The notes beneath the pieces were generated by a model, which was not told the origin of the DNA, did no database searches, and was given only the letters and a program-made list of their open reading frames with translations. A stretch of 64,000 bases of DNA from assembly GCA_014360195.1 (NCBI GenBank), contig JACIXY010000003.1:83692-147691 (forward strand). Direction: 5' to 3'. The translations under genes were made by a program, and so were the position numbers. Origin of the DNA: Bacillota bacterium (GTDB lineage: Bacteria; Bacillota; SHA-98; UBA4971). Positions 41,094 to 51,120 of the stretch are shown one piece after another. Positions within the stretch are counted from its first letter, which is position 1. Each line of letters opens with the position of its first letter.

Positions 41094-42566
41094 TTGGACC
41101 CAAAGATCGCAGCAGCTGTCTTGACCCTCCTTCTACTCGTCTTCTCAGCACAAAACCAGACCCCCTCCCCAGGTTCCGTCGAGCCGCCTGCGAACGCGCA
41201 CGGTGCGTCGCTGCCGAACGGGGCCGTAGCCGAGCCTGCACCCGGGAAGGACGCCGCAAGCCAGGGCACCCAGGCCACAACCAGGCGCGCACAGCCTGAA
41301 CTCGGGGCCGGGGCGAAGGCGAGGCCGGTGCCCGAACTCGAACCGGGCACCAGCACGACGGTCACGGAGCGCGCGAGAGTGCGCAAGGGGCCTGGCACAT
41401 CGTATGCAACCCTCACAAAGGTGAGCCCTCCCACAAAGTTTGTTACCCTCACCCGTCACAACGACTGGTACCAGGTCCGACTGCAGGACGGACGGGTTGG
41501 CTGGATTGCGGGGTTTCTCATCCTGGACCCGGCCGAAGAACGCGGACGCAGCGTGGATCCCGCGCCAGTTCTGACGGCGCCTGGGGGGTCGGAGCACAGG
41601 CCGCGCGGCACTCGCTGGGTGTTGGGGTACTACACCGAGGACTACCCGGGCGACCCGACATCATATGGCTCTCTCTTGAGGAGCAAAGGAGTCCTCGACT
41701 CCATGGCTGCTTTCCTGCACCCTGTAGACGCCAGTGGCCGCGTCTCAGGAACAGCGAGCAAGCGCGCAGTTGAGGCCGCAAAGTCCGCAGGAATTCAGGC
41801 ACTGGCGCTCGTGCATAACCTGACCACTTCAGGGTTCGACGCGAAGCGGGCCCACGCCCTGCTCCAGAACACCAACTCCCGGACGAGGGCCATAGCGGAC
41901 ATCCTGGACATCCTGGAGCGAGGCGGGTACGATGGCGTGAACATCGATCTCGAGAACGTGTACCCGTCGGACCGCGACAGACTCACGGCGCTCATGGAGG
42001 AGCTTGCCACAAAGCTCAGGCCCCGGGGATACCTTGTAACCATATCGGTGCCCGCGAAAACTGCGGATCACGCCGGGGCCGAGTGGGTCGGAGCGTTCGA
42101 CTACTACGCGCTTGGCCGAGTGTGCGACCACGTAATGCTAATGACCTATGACGAGCACGCATGGACCAGCGGCCCCGGGCCGATCGCGTCTTACAATTGG
42201 GTGGAAAGGGTCGTACGATACGCCATAACTCAGATGCCACGGAGCAAGATCCTGCTGGGCATCCCGGCCTACGGCTACGATTGGAACCTTCACACGGGCC
42301 GCGTCACGGCTCTTTCGTACACGCAGGTCATGAACCGCGCAAAAAGCCTCGGCATCGACCCATCGTGGGACCCGACGGCGAGATCGCCTTACTTCAAATA
42401 TGTGGACGCACGCGGCGCGCGGCATGAGGTATGGTTCGAGTCTTCCCACAGCATAAAGCCCAAGCTTGATCTCGTCACCAGGTACGACCTGGGAGGGGTG
42501 GCCATATGGAGGCTGGGATACGAGGATGACGCCTATTGGCAGGTCATCCGCGAAAAGCTGAGGTGA
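41094..42566 (+). CDS. SH3b + glycoside hydrolase family 18 protein (YaaH/YdhD/SleL-like spore peptidoglycan hydrolase)
   Basis: N-terminal TM helix, SH3b segment (RVRKGPGTSYATL...WYQVRLQDGRVGWI), and GH18 DGVNIDLE catalytic motif. TTG 41094 with RBS AAGGAGGAG. The ORF-track start 41010 is also possible. Confidence 0.7.
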   Translation: MDPKIAAAVLTLLLLVFSAQNQTPSPGSVEPPANAHGASLPNGAVAEPAPGKDAASQGTQATTRRAQPELGAGAKARPVPELEPGTSTTVTERARVRKGPGTSYATLTKVSPPTKFVTLTRHNDWYQVRLQDGRVGWIAGFLILDPAEERGRSVDPAPVLTAPGGSEHRPRGTRWVLGYYTEDYPGDPTSYGSLLRSKGVLDSMAAFLHPVDASGRVSGTASKRAVEAAKSAGIQALALVHNLTTSGFDAKRAHALLQNTNSRTRAIADILDILERGGYDGVNIDLENVYPSDRDRLTALMEELATKLRPRGYLVTISVPAKTADHAGAEWVGAFDYYALGRVCDHVMLMTYDEHAWTSGPGPIASYNWVERVVRYAITQMPRSKILLGIPAYGYDWNLHTGRVTALSYTQVMNRAKSLGIDPSWDPTARSPYFKYVDARGARHEVWFESSHSIKPKLDLVTRYDLGGVAIWRLGYEDDAYWQVIREKLR

Positions 42567-42696
42567 GGGGATGAAGCAGCTTGGGCTCGTGCAAGCGTTG
42601 AAGCAAACCCAGATCCCGGCGTGGCCCAAAACACGGGACGACGCTGGATGCTGGACGTGGACCTTGGCGTGACCACACGGCTTTTGATACGGCTGC

Positions 42697-43716
42697 TTAC
42701 TGCATGCCTAGAAGCTCGGATATGGTGGCAAACTGGTAACCGTTCTTGCGTGCTGCCTCAACGATGGCCGGAAGCGCTTTGTTCGTGACCTCCGCGGGGT
42801 GCATCAGGATGATCGCTCCGGGGGTCATCTTGCGTACTACCCGGTCGATCACCTTCTGCGGGTCGCTGGCCTTCCAATCTATCGTGTCGACGGTCCACAT
42901 GACCGTGGTGTAGCCAAGGGACGCAGCAGCCGACGTCACCGTCTGGTTGCACTCGCCGTACGGTGGAGCAAAGAGCTTGCTGGGCTTTGCTCCGAGCCTT
43001 CCAAGCAGGTCCTCGTTCCGCATGATGAGGTCGCGGATCTCGGCCTCGGGCATCCTGGCCACGTGGACGTGCTTCGCCCCGTGGTTTCCGATGTCGTGCC
43101 CTTCGTCCGCGAGAAGCTTCACGAACTCCGGACGCTTTTCCGCCCACTCGCCGTCAAGGAAGAACGTGGCCTTCACATTGTGAGCGCGGAGGGTCTCGAG
43201 CATGGCAGGGAGATGCTCCTCACCCCACGCCACGTTCACCGCAAGGGCCATGACCTTCTGGTCGGTCTCTACCCTGTAGACCGGGTTGAACAGCCTCCGC
43301 GTTATGGTCGGCATTACGGTCACCCTGGCAAGCTCGACCGCCTCGCCCGGCTTCGCCTGCATCACCCGGGCTATGGTGAGGTCCACGTCAACATCGATCC
43401 CCGGCTCCTCCGCTATGATCTCTCCGGTCTCCTTGAAGAACATGGCGTCTTTCGGGGAGACCCGTTCCCGCTCTGCCATGGCCTCGACGATACGTCGTAC
43501 CTCCTGAGACAACAGCCCTGCCACCTGCCTGCCTTCGAGAGTCACGCCGGGACGGACCCCATGGAAGACGCGTCTTACCTCGTCGAGGGACGAGACAAAG
43601 ACCGCAGTGAACACCATTACAAGAAGGGCGAACGCCGCAAGCAGTATGCCCTCCCTGCTTATCACGATGGCGGTCAAGCGCGCCTCGCGCTTTGGCATCA
43701 ACCTGTCCTTACGCAT
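42697..43716 (-). CDS. Polysaccharide deacetylase (NodB domain, YlxY-like)
   Basis: TFFLDGEW...GHDIGNHG...NodB motifs. ATG 43716 with RBS GAGAGGAGG. Confidence 0.75.
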   Translation of the reverse strand: MRKDRLMPKREARLTAIVISREGILLAAFALLVMVFTAVFVSSLDEVRRVFHGVRPGVTLEGRQVAGLLSQEVRRIVEAMAERERVSPKDAMFFKETGEIIAEEPGIDVDVDLTIARVMQAKPGEAVELARVTVMPTITRRLFNPVYRVETDQKVMALAVNVAWGEEHLPAMLETLRAHNVKATFFLDGEWAEKRPEFVKLLADEGHDIGNHGAKHVHVARMPEAEIRDLIMRNEDLLGRLGAKPSKLFAPPYGECNQTVTSAAASLGYTTVMWTVDTIDWKASDPQKVIDRVVRKMTPGAIILMHPAEVTNKALPAIVEAARKNGYQFATISELLGMQ

Positions 43717-44530
43717 CGATCGGAGACCTCCTCTCATGCCGCCCCGCATCTCCCGGTGGCTCTATCGGGCGCTGCTCCCCTGTGTGAGGGTGTATGTAGT
43801 ACCTTCCCTCCAGCAGGAGGCTGGAAAGAGGAACGATGGCGTAGCCCTGCTTCTTCAGCTCAGCTATGATGAGGGGCAGGGCTTCCACCGTGTGGGCGCC
43901 CGTCACGTGGAACCTCACGATGGCCCCTTTGTGAATCTTTCCAAGAATCCTGGCCTTCATGTCAGCCGCAGGCGCGCCCCGCCAGTCAAGCGAGTCTATG
44001 CTCCACACCACCGTCTCATAGCCGAGGTCCCTGGCGGTCTCGATGACCTTGTTGCTATACTCGCCGTACGGAGGACGGAACACCTTCGGCGCCCGTCCCG
44101 TCACCTCTTCGATAGTCTTGTGAGCCTTCTCCAGCTCCCGCTTGAGCTCGGATGCGAGAAGCGAGTTCGGGTGCGGTACAGAATAAGTGTAGTTCCCGAG
44201 GTCATGGCCACAAGAAACGATGTGCCGCGCCGCCAGCGGGTGGTCCGTGACCCACTTCCCCGAGAGAAAGAACGCCGCCCTGACATCGTGCTCCTTCAGT
44301 ACTCCGAGGATCTCCGTGGTCCGATCCCTGCCGAACCCGCCCTCGAACGTGAAGGCAACCTTATTGTCCGCCGTTGCAACGAAGTACACGGGCACGAGCC
44401 TGCCCGATACCGTGGCTATGACCGCCCTTGCCGCGCCGACGAGAGCAAGCTCGGCGGTGTGCACGAGGGCGAGCAGCACGACGGCTGCAATGACCAGGCG
44501 GTGCCAGTTTCGCCCTATGATAACGAGCAT
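43709..44530 (-). CDS. Polysaccharide deacetylase (NodB domain), second copy
   Basis: FTFEGGFG...AAFFLSGKW...GHDLGNYTY. 8-nt overlap with the downstream paralogue. Confidence 0.75.
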   Translation of the reverse strand: MLVIIGRNWHRLVIAAVVLLALVHTAELALVGAARAVIATVSGRLVPVYFVATADNKVAFTFEGGFGRDRTTEILGVLKEHDVRAAFFLSGKWVTDHPLAARHIVSCGHDLGNYTYSVPHPNSLLASELKRELEKAHKTIEEVTGRAPKVFRPPYGEYSNKVIETARDLGYETVVWSIDSLDWRGAPAADMKARILGKIHKGAIVRFHVTGAHTVEALPLIIAELKKQGYAIVPLSSLLLEGRYYIHPHTGEQRPIEPPGDAGRHERRSPIDA

Positions 44531-44777
44531 GGACCGCCCTCCCCGTGGACCGCATTCCGGTTATATGTATGCGGGCCCGGCACTCGGCATGCCTCGGGTT
44601 ACCGGGGCGGGTTTGGTCGATCCTCCACCCCGGCGCAGGGTGACGACGGGGCGCCGCAGGACAGGACGTGCACAAGTTCATCGCCGCTCCCGGCAAGAAG
44701 CGACGACGGGGGCGGGTCTGCCGCCCCCGCACGTGCTGTTGCGGCCATCAGTTGTGGTTACGTCGGCAGGCGACCGC

Positions 44778-45233
44778 TTACCTCGCGAAGTAGTGGTTGC
44801 CGATGACGGTGGTGATAGGGCGAGAGTAGATCCATGGGGACGTGACTCGGGCGGGATTATAGAAGTAGAGGGCGCCGTATGTGGGATCCCATCCGGACAG
44901 TGCGTCCTGGGCCGCCCGATAGGACTCCGGGTCCGGCGGCAGGTTGATCTGCCCGTCCATGACCGACGTGAACGCCCACGGCTCGTAGATCACCCCTGCT
45001 ATCGTCTTGGGGAACAGCGGGCTTTTCACCCTGTTCATGACGACCGCACCCACGGCAACCTTGCCCAGGTACGGCTCGCCTCTTGCCTCACCCGCTATGA
45101 GGTGGGCAAGAAGCTGGTAGTCGGATGACGCTGCGCTCGCGACATCGCCCGACGGCACGGGAAGATGCGCCGACGAGACGAGGAGCACGGCCAGAAGTCC
45201 AAGTGCCACAAGTCTGGTCTTGCCGTGTCTCAT
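44778..45233 (-). CDS. SleB/CwlJ-family cell wall hydrolase (Hydrolase_2 domain) with signal peptide
   Basis: GEARGEPYLGKVAVGAVVMNRVKSP...AFTSV...GALYFYNP. Confidence 0.7.
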   Translation of the reverse strand: MRHGKTRLVALGLLAVLLVSSAHLPVPSGDVASAASSDYQLLAHLIAGEARGEPYLGKVAVGAVVMNRVKSPLFPKTIAGVIYEPWAFTSVMDGQINLPPDPESYRAAQDALSGWDPTYGALYFYNPARVTSPWIYSRPITTVIGNHYFAR

Positions 45234-45384
45234 GGCGTTACCTCCTTACCTGGTACTTTGTCGTAGCGCGCGAAGGCGCGCCGAGCGGGGCCGAACGACC
45301 CCGTTTATACGAACTCGTGAGCGGATCATAGCATACACGTGCAGGAAAGGACAACCGGAAGATCATGTTAAAGCAGATCCTGGG

Positions 45385-47613
45385 CTAACCGAGCCAGGCG
45401 CGCACGGTCGAGGCGACCTCCGCGGTGGTGCCTGTGAAGCACGTGACGCCGGCCGGGAGCGACGAGAGGAAGACCCTGCCGTACGGCTTCTCCACAAGCC
45501 TTCTATCGAGGACGACCACGACGCCCCTGTCTTCGCGGGACCTTATGAGCCTTCCGAATCCCTGGCGGAACCTCACCACCGCGCTGGGGAGGGCATACGA
45601 GTAGAACCCGCTGGCACCAGCCTTTTCCGCAGCCTCCACCTTCGCTTCGACCAGCGGGCTCGTGGGCACATGGAACGGCAGCTTGACCAGGATCACGCAT
45701 GAGAGCGCTTCGCCCGGCACGTCAACGCCTTGCCAGAAGCTGTCGGCCCCAAGGAGGACGCCAGGCTTCTCACGAAAGCGCGCTAGCATGAGATGGCGGG
45801 GCATGTCGCCCTGCCTGAGCACAGGAATCCCTGCCGCCTCAAGGCCGTCGCGAAGCGCCTCGTGGGTGCGATGGAGCATGTCCATGGACGTGAAGAGAAC
45901 GAACGCGCGTCCCTTCGATGCCAGCACGACGTCCATGATGGCCCGCGCGGCCGTGTCTACGAACCCCGGGTCCTGAGGCTGTGGAAGGTCGCAAGGCACA
46001 GCAAGCAGCGCCTGCCTTGAGAAATCGAAAGGCGAGTCAAAAATGAGCTCTATGGGTGGCTCGTCGAGGCCCGTAAGGCCGACCTCTTTTCTAAAGAACC
46101 CGAACTCGCCGCGCACGGTCATAGTGGCCGACGTGAACACGGCCGACTCCACCTGCGAGAACAAGCGCTCGGCAAGAATCGGCCCGACATCAAGGGGTGT
46201 CGCCACAAGCCCGACGTCATGTGGGGCTACCTCCGCCCAGTACACATACGCCTCGTCCGCCCGGCACATCACGAAATCAAGGGCCGTCGCCTCCGATGAG
46301 ATCCTTGCCGCCACGCCCTGGAGATCGGCCATCGCGCCCTGGAGGTCCTCATCGGCGTCGTCGCCGAGGTCCGCAAAGCTGTCGAGGATGGAGCCAAGGT
46401 CGCGGGCAACCTCACCCGCCCTGATGATCACCCGCTCCGCGCCTGGTGTGACCTCCTCCTGCCACACCGGGCTTGTGGTAAGCTGCCCCTTCAGCCTCAC
46501 GGCCCGCTGTCCGCTGCGCTCACGTTCGCCTTGGCGTTCGCGCTCCCGTTCACGTTCGCGTTGGCATTCGCGTTCATGCTGCTCGCCGTTGGAGCTCCCC
46601 TGCCCCATCGCCCGCACGAGCGAGTCGAAGAACCACTCGACGCTGTCTCGCAAACGTTTCACGCCTTCGGCAGCCGTATCCACCAGCCGCGCAATAGCGG
46701 CAACATCGCCTTCGGGCGCTCCTCCCGCACCCCGAAAGAGCCTCAGCCGGAGCGACGGAAGCAGCCCGCCCTCGCCACGCCGCTCCCGCTCGGTCCGGAC
46801 GAGGTCCTGGCAGGCCCTGCGCATCTGGCCAAGGCTCGCGCGGCGGCCGAGTCTCTCCGCCGCGACCTCCGGGGCGTTGTGCGCCTCATCAAAGATGACA
46901 TAACGGTAGTCCGGAAGCACCCGGGCGCCGGGCGCCCCGGGGAACGCCGTCCTGAGTGCGAGGTCGGAGAAGAGCAGGTGATGGTTGGTGACCAAGATGT
47001 CCGCCTCCTCCATCTCCGCCCTTGCCTTGGCAAAGTAGCAGAGCGACAGGTACGGACACTTGGCGCGCAGGCACGACATGGAGTCTGAGGCGATCCGATC
47101 CCAGAGCGCAGCGGGCACTACAGTTCGGAAGTCAGACCTCGAGCCCGTGGCGACCTTCGGTAGCTCTGCGAGGAGGGCTGCCAGTACCTCCCGCAGGGAC
47201 GGATCGGCCGACGTATCATCCGCCTCGTTCGCGACATATGCTAGCTTGCGTCGGCATATATAGTTCGCCCGTCCTTTGACAAGCGTGAAGCTAAATCGCA
47301 CACCGAGAGCCCGCGAGAGGTCGGGGAGATCCTTGTGGATGAGCTGCTCCTGGAGGTTTATCGTGTTTGTGGATACCACCACCTTCTCATTCCTTTCGCG
47401 TGCCCATAGCACGGCCGGAACCAGGTATGCCATGGACTTGCCGGTGCCCGTACCGCTTTCGATGACCGCGTGGCGGGACGTGGAAAAAGCCCTCCACACC
47501 GCAAGGGCCATTTCAACCTGGGACTGCCTGACCTCGTAGCCGTCGAACGCCCGCGCAAGCGGCCCGTCGGGCGCGAAGACGGCCGCGACGTCGTCCCTGC
47601 CAGATCGCGCCAT
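45385..47613 (-). CDS. dinG: DinG-family ATP-dependent DNA helicase (Rad3-like, Fe-S)
   Basis: ESGTGTGKSMAYLVP, FDEAHNA DEAH box. Contains an ERERERER low-complexity insert. Confidence 0.8.
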   Translation of the reverse strand: MARSGRDDVAAVFAPDGPLARAFDGYEVRQSQVEMALAVWRAFSTSRHAVIESGTGTGKSMAYLVPAVLWARERNEKVVVSTNTINLQEQLIHKDLPDLSRALGVRFSFTLVKGRANYICRRKLAYVANEADDTSADPSLREVLAALLAELPKVATGSRSDFRTVVPAALWDRIASDSMSCLRAKCPYLSLCYFAKARAEMEEADILVTNHHLLFSDLALRTAFPGAPGARVLPDYRYVIFDEAHNAPEVAAERLGRRASLGQMRRACQDLVRTERERRGEGGLLPSLRLRLFRGAGGAPEGDVAAIARLVDTAAEGVKRLRDSVEWFFDSLVRAMGQGSSNGEQHERECQRERERERERQGERERSGQRAVRLKGQLTTSPVWQEEVTPGAERVIIRAGEVARDLGSILDSFADLGDDADEDLQGAMADLQGVAARISSEATALDFVMCRADEAYVYWAEVAPHDVGLVATPLDVGPILAERLFSQVESAVFTSATMTVRGEFGFFRKEVGLTGLDEPPIELIFDSPFDFSRQALLAVPCDLPQPQDPGFVDTAARAIMDVVLASKGRAFVLFTSMDMLHRTHEALRDGLEAAGIPVLRQGDMPRHLMLARFREKPGVLLGADSFWQGVDVPGEALSCVILVKLPFHVPTSPLVEAKVEAAEKAGASGFYSYALPSAVVRFRQGFGRLIRSREDRGVVVVLDRRLVEKPYGRVFLSSLPAGVTCFTGTTAEVASTVRAWLG

Positions 47614-48495
47614 TTACCAGGTCACCGCCTCAGCTGAGATACGACGGAGTGCGGCGAGGTTGCGCGCGTCGTCGTCAAGAGTCCTATGGGGCGTCTCGAG
47701 GATGAACGGAAGATGCGCAAGCCTGCTGCAGCCGAGGATGGCACGAAAGCCGGCCTCGCCGATGCGGCCCTCGCCGATGTTAGCGTGGCGGTCAAGGTGC
47801 GACCCCAGGTCTCCCACCGAATCGTTCGCATGTACGAGCGCGAGGCTGTCCGCGCCCACGGTGGCCTCAACCTCATCAAGGACCCGTGATATGCCCTCCA
47901 TGGTCCGGACCTCGTAGCCCGCGGCAAAGACGTGGCAAGTGTCAAGGCATATGCCGAGCGGCACCCCGCGCGCCCGGTCCATTATATCCCTCTGTTCCTC
48001 GAAGGTTTTCCCGATCTCCGTGCCTGCTCCCGACACCATCTCCAGGAGAAGGCGCGGCCCGTCTCCTGCCTCGTTCGCGGCCGGGGGTCTGTGGCACGCT
48101 ATCTCGCACGCATCTACGATTGCCGCAGCGATCCTCGCTATGCCGGCCTCTTCCCCCGAGCCAAGGTGGCTGCCGGGGTGGAAAACGAGCATCTCGGCGC
48201 CGACCGCCTTCGCGAGCATGATGTCGTGGGCAAGCGCATCGCGTGACGCCTCATACGTTTCCTTCCTGGGAGACGCGAGGTTGAGGAGGTACGGCGCGTG
48301 GATGACCAGGGGACCGATGCCCGCAGCCGCAAGGCCCTCTCTGAAAAGCCGGGCTTCCTCCTCATTGACCGACCCTGCACGAAGGCTCCGCGGGCTTCGC
48401 GAGAACATCTGGATCGTGTCGCACCCGAGGGCGCGCGCGGCATCGAGAGCACTCATAAGCCCCCCGGCCCTGTTCACGTGGGCGCCGAACTTCAT
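47614..48495 (-). CDS. nfo: Endonuclease IV (AP endonuclease family 2)
   Basis: MKFGAHV...IHAPYLLNLAS...HPGSHLG...LDTCHVFAAGY. Confidence 0.85.
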   Translation of the reverse strand: MKFGAHVNRAGGLMSALDAARALGCDTIQMFSRSPRSLRAGSVNEEEARLFREGLAAAGIGPLVIHAPYLLNLASPRKETYEASRDALAHDIMLAKAVGAEMLVFHPGSHLGSGEEAGIARIAAAIVDACEIACHRPPAANEAGDGPRLLLEMVSGAGTEIGKTFEEQRDIMDRARGVPLGICLDTCHVFAAGYEVRTMEGISRVLDEVEATVGADSLALVHANDSVGDLGSHLDRHANIGEGRIGEAGFRAILGCSRLAHLPFILETPHRTLDDDARNLAALRRISAEAVTW

Positions 48496-48603
48496 AGCAC
48501 ACCACCCCAGTGGCAGGTATTCGCTGCTCGGAAGGGATTTCCTGCAACCGGGCAACTTGCACGGTTTCGGGCGGAACGAACCTGCCGTGCCCCGGGTCTC
48601 GGG

Positions 48604-49422
48604 CTACCTGCGTCCGAGGGCGTCGAGGAAACGAAGGAGCGGGTTTCGCTCGATGGCGGCCGTGATGGAATGGTGCTCAGCGTAGACGTGGACAAGACCC
48701 AGGACGAGGAGCGCCACCACCCTGACGGCAAGCGGGGTGGCGAGCACCAGCCAGTAGCCGAGGGCCGCTCCCAGGGGATTGCTCCCGGCGTCCCCGAGCA
48801 TGCTGCGCTCCGCGAGGTCGTCCCGTATCCCCGCGAGCGTGGCCCCGGCAAGGCCCACCGGGACGAGCGCGGGAGCGGGTAGACCGGTCGTTAGCACGAG
48901 CGCTGCGACGCCCGCCATGTATGCCTTGGCCGCACGGCCGGGCCGGAGGTCGAGGAGGTTCGAGAAATTCGCAGCGAGCGCCACGACCGCGGAATTCATG
49001 GCAAGGACGGGTACGGACAAAGCCGGCGCGGCCATGCGAACGGCGAGCGCCGCAAAGGTCAGGACGACGACGGCCTTGAGGATGCCCGTCGTGAGGATCC
49101 CTTTTTTGAAAAGCGCCGCCGCGTGACCGGCTATGCCCCGAGAATCGCCAGACCCAAAGAGATCATCCACGGCGCCAGCGAACATGGCGGCGTTCACGAC
49201 GAGAAGACATGGGGCGGAGAGGGCCGCGCCGCTGGCGCCGCCGAACCTCATAACGGCGCTGGATGCAAGCGTCGCTGAGATAACGAGGGGGATCCCCATT
49301 GACGCCGGAACGAGCCGCCCTGCGTAGTTGGGCCGGAGGTGGCCCGAGCGCTTCATCATGTCACGCGCGAGCGGGATGATGGCAAGGCCGAGCACACACG
49401 CGAGGACGAAACAGGCCACCAA
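48604..49422 (-). CDS. Glycos_transf_4 (MraY/WecA-family) membrane protein; short and divergent, since the first Asp-rich motif is atypical
   Basis: MLGDAGSNPLGAALG signature. 272 aa, polytopic. Confidence 0.5.
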   Translation of the reverse strand: MVACFVLACVLGLAIIPLARDMMKRSGHLRPNYAGRLVPASMGIPLVISATLASSAVMRFGGASGAALSAPCLLVVNAAMFAGAVDDLFGSGDSRGIAGHAAALFKKGILTTGILKAVVVLTFAALAVRMAAPALSVPVLAMNSAVVALAANFSNLLDLRPGRAAKAYMAGVAALVLTTGLPAPALVPVGLAGATLAGIRDDLAERSMLGDAGSNPLGAALGYWLVLATPLAVRVVALLVLGLVHVYAEHHSITAAIERNPLLRFLDALGRR

Positions 49423-49431
49423 TGCCTCGCC

Positions 49432-50148
49432 TCACCTCCCTGCCCCGGTCCTCGGGAATTGTATGACGCGGCAGGCGAGAGCCCGTGCCACCCAGTACAG
49501 TTGCCGCCCTCTGTGAACGAACCCGGCGAAATCCCGGGCCGTCGCCCTGTGCGACATCTCGCAGTCAACCTCGACGATACGGTATCCGCGCCTTGCCGCG
49601 TCGATGGTGAGCGCGACCTCGACGCCGAACCCGCCCGCAAACGGCACAAGTCCGAGAACAACCTCGCGCCTCGCCGCCCGTTGCCCTGAAAGTGGGGCAG
49701 ACAGCCAGAGCCCACACAGGCACCTTATGCCGAGCCTGGCCACGGCTTTAACGATGCCAAATCCACCCACACCGGTTCCCCGGGGCCCCCGCGGGAACCT
49801 GGCGATGGCCACGTCCGCCTCGCCCCGCACGACCGGCGCGATAAGCCTCCCGACCTCGGATGCGGTCTCCGCCAGGTCGGCATCGAGGAAGACCACGACA
49901 TCCCCCGTAGCCCGCATCACGCCCTCGGTAAGCGCAGCGCCCTTGCCGGATCTGCGCCCCATGCGCACCACGCGCGCTCCCGCGGCCGCGGCCGCGGGAG
50001 CGGTCCCGTCGGTGGACCCATCGTCAACCACCAGCACCTCGCAGGGAAAACCGCTAGCCACGGCACCCGCCCTGGCGGCCCTCACCGTGGAGGCCACGGT
50101 GTGGCTCTCATTGTGTGCGGGAATGATCACGGAGACAGGGTAGCTCAT
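49432..50148 (-). CDS. GT2 family glycosyltransferase (dolichyl/polyprenyl-phosphate glycosyltransferase-like)
   Basis: VSVIIPAHNE...VVDDGSTDGT...FLDADL. Confidence 0.7.
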   Translation of the reverse strand: MSYPVSVIIPAHNESHTVASTVRAARAGAVASGFPCEVLVVDDGSTDGTAPAAAAAGARVVRMGRRSGKGAALTEGVMRATGDVVVFLDADLAETASEVGRLIAPVVRGEADVAIARFPRGPRGTGVGGFGIVKAVARLGIRCLCGLWLSAPLSGQRAARREVVLGLVPFAGGFGVEVALTIDAARRGYRIVEVDCEMSHRATARDFAGFVHRGRQLYWVARALACRVIQFPRTGAGR

Positions 50149-51092
50149 CCAGGAGGCCCCCAGACGTCCGGCACCCGGGTTCCCGAGGTGTCCTTGATCC
50201 CGAAGTGGCCCTGTTGCCCGGCGAGGGCGTAAACCAGGGAGAGGCGACCAAGCGGGAGGTCGGCGCAATCAACAGTGGGAATCCCTTCCCGCTTGTAGTC
50301 CACAATGTGCGAGACCTTCACGTCCCACCTCTCCGCCCCGACGACGTCCACCCCGAGGCCCTTCAGGGCCCGCACGATCAGGATCCCTGCGCTGGCCGGG
50401 CTGAACGCCGGGTCGGGGCTGCCCACCACCACCACGACCGCATCCGCGCGCTCAATATCTCCGGCCTGCCCGGCATCTTCCGCCCCTTTAGGACCACTCG
50501 CACCATGCGCGGCCTTGCCGCCTGAGGCTGCATACCCCAGCGCGAAGAGGGTGTCAAGCAGGGGGTCAACGTCGCCGAGCACAACGTACAAGGCAAGCGC
50601 ACGGGCGGCCTCGCGCCCCACGGCCTCGGCCCCGGACACCGCCAGCCCCAGTGATGATGCGACCTCCCTTGCCTCTCGACCCGGCGCCGGGACAAGGCTC
50701 TTGTTGACGTAAACCACCCGCACCAGCCTCCCTCCTGCATCCTCGATGCTGCGCCCGATCCTCTCTACCCCTTCTGGGGACATCGCCTCCCGACACACGA
50801 CGATGGCCACGCGCCTCCCCGAAAGCTTGCCCCGGGTGAGCGACGCGACCACCATGTCTTCGAAGTCGAGCGACGCAGCAAGGGCCCGCTCCGAGGCGGC
50901 AAGCCTCGCGCCGAGGTCCTCCCTTTCGGCCTTGAGGCGGGCGAAGTCTTCCTCAAGCCGGTCGATCATCCGCTCCTGCCGCTCAACAAGGGCGCTGTCG
51001 GTCACCATCGCGCTACCGACCAGAATGCCCACGCCGAGCGCAAGGAACACGGCCACAAGGGAGGCCACGTGGTATTTCATATCGATCATCAC
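50145..51092 (-). CDS. steB: SteB-like (MctB/DUF3186-type) membrane protein: N-terminal TM helix plus coiled coil
   Basis: YHVASLVAVFLALGVGILVG then LVERQERMIDRLEEDFARLKAERE. Immediately downstream of steA-like, with a 4-nt overlap with the next gene. Confidence 0.5.
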   Translation of the reverse strand: MMIDMKYHVASLVAVFLALGVGILVGSAMVTDSALVERQERMIDRLEEDFARLKAEREDLGARLAASERALAASLDFEDMVVASLTRGKLSGRRVAIVVCREAMSPEGVERIGRSIEDAGGRLVRVVYVNKSLVPAPGREAREVASSLGLAVSGAEAVGREAARALALYVVLGDVDPLLDTLFALGYAASGGKAAHGASGPKGAEDAGQAGDIERADAVVVVVGSPDPAFSPASAGILIVRALKGLGVDVVGAERWDVKVSHIVDYKREGIPTVDCADLPLGRLSLVYALAGQQGHFGIKDTSGTRVPDVWGPPG

Positions 51093-51120
51093 AGCCGGGG
51101 CACCCCTTCCGGCTTAGCTG

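Noticed and set aside
40658-41452. 264-aa minus-strand ORF
   Set aside because: It overlaps MITE copy G and the 5-prime end of the SH3b-GH18 gene, with low-complexity composition.
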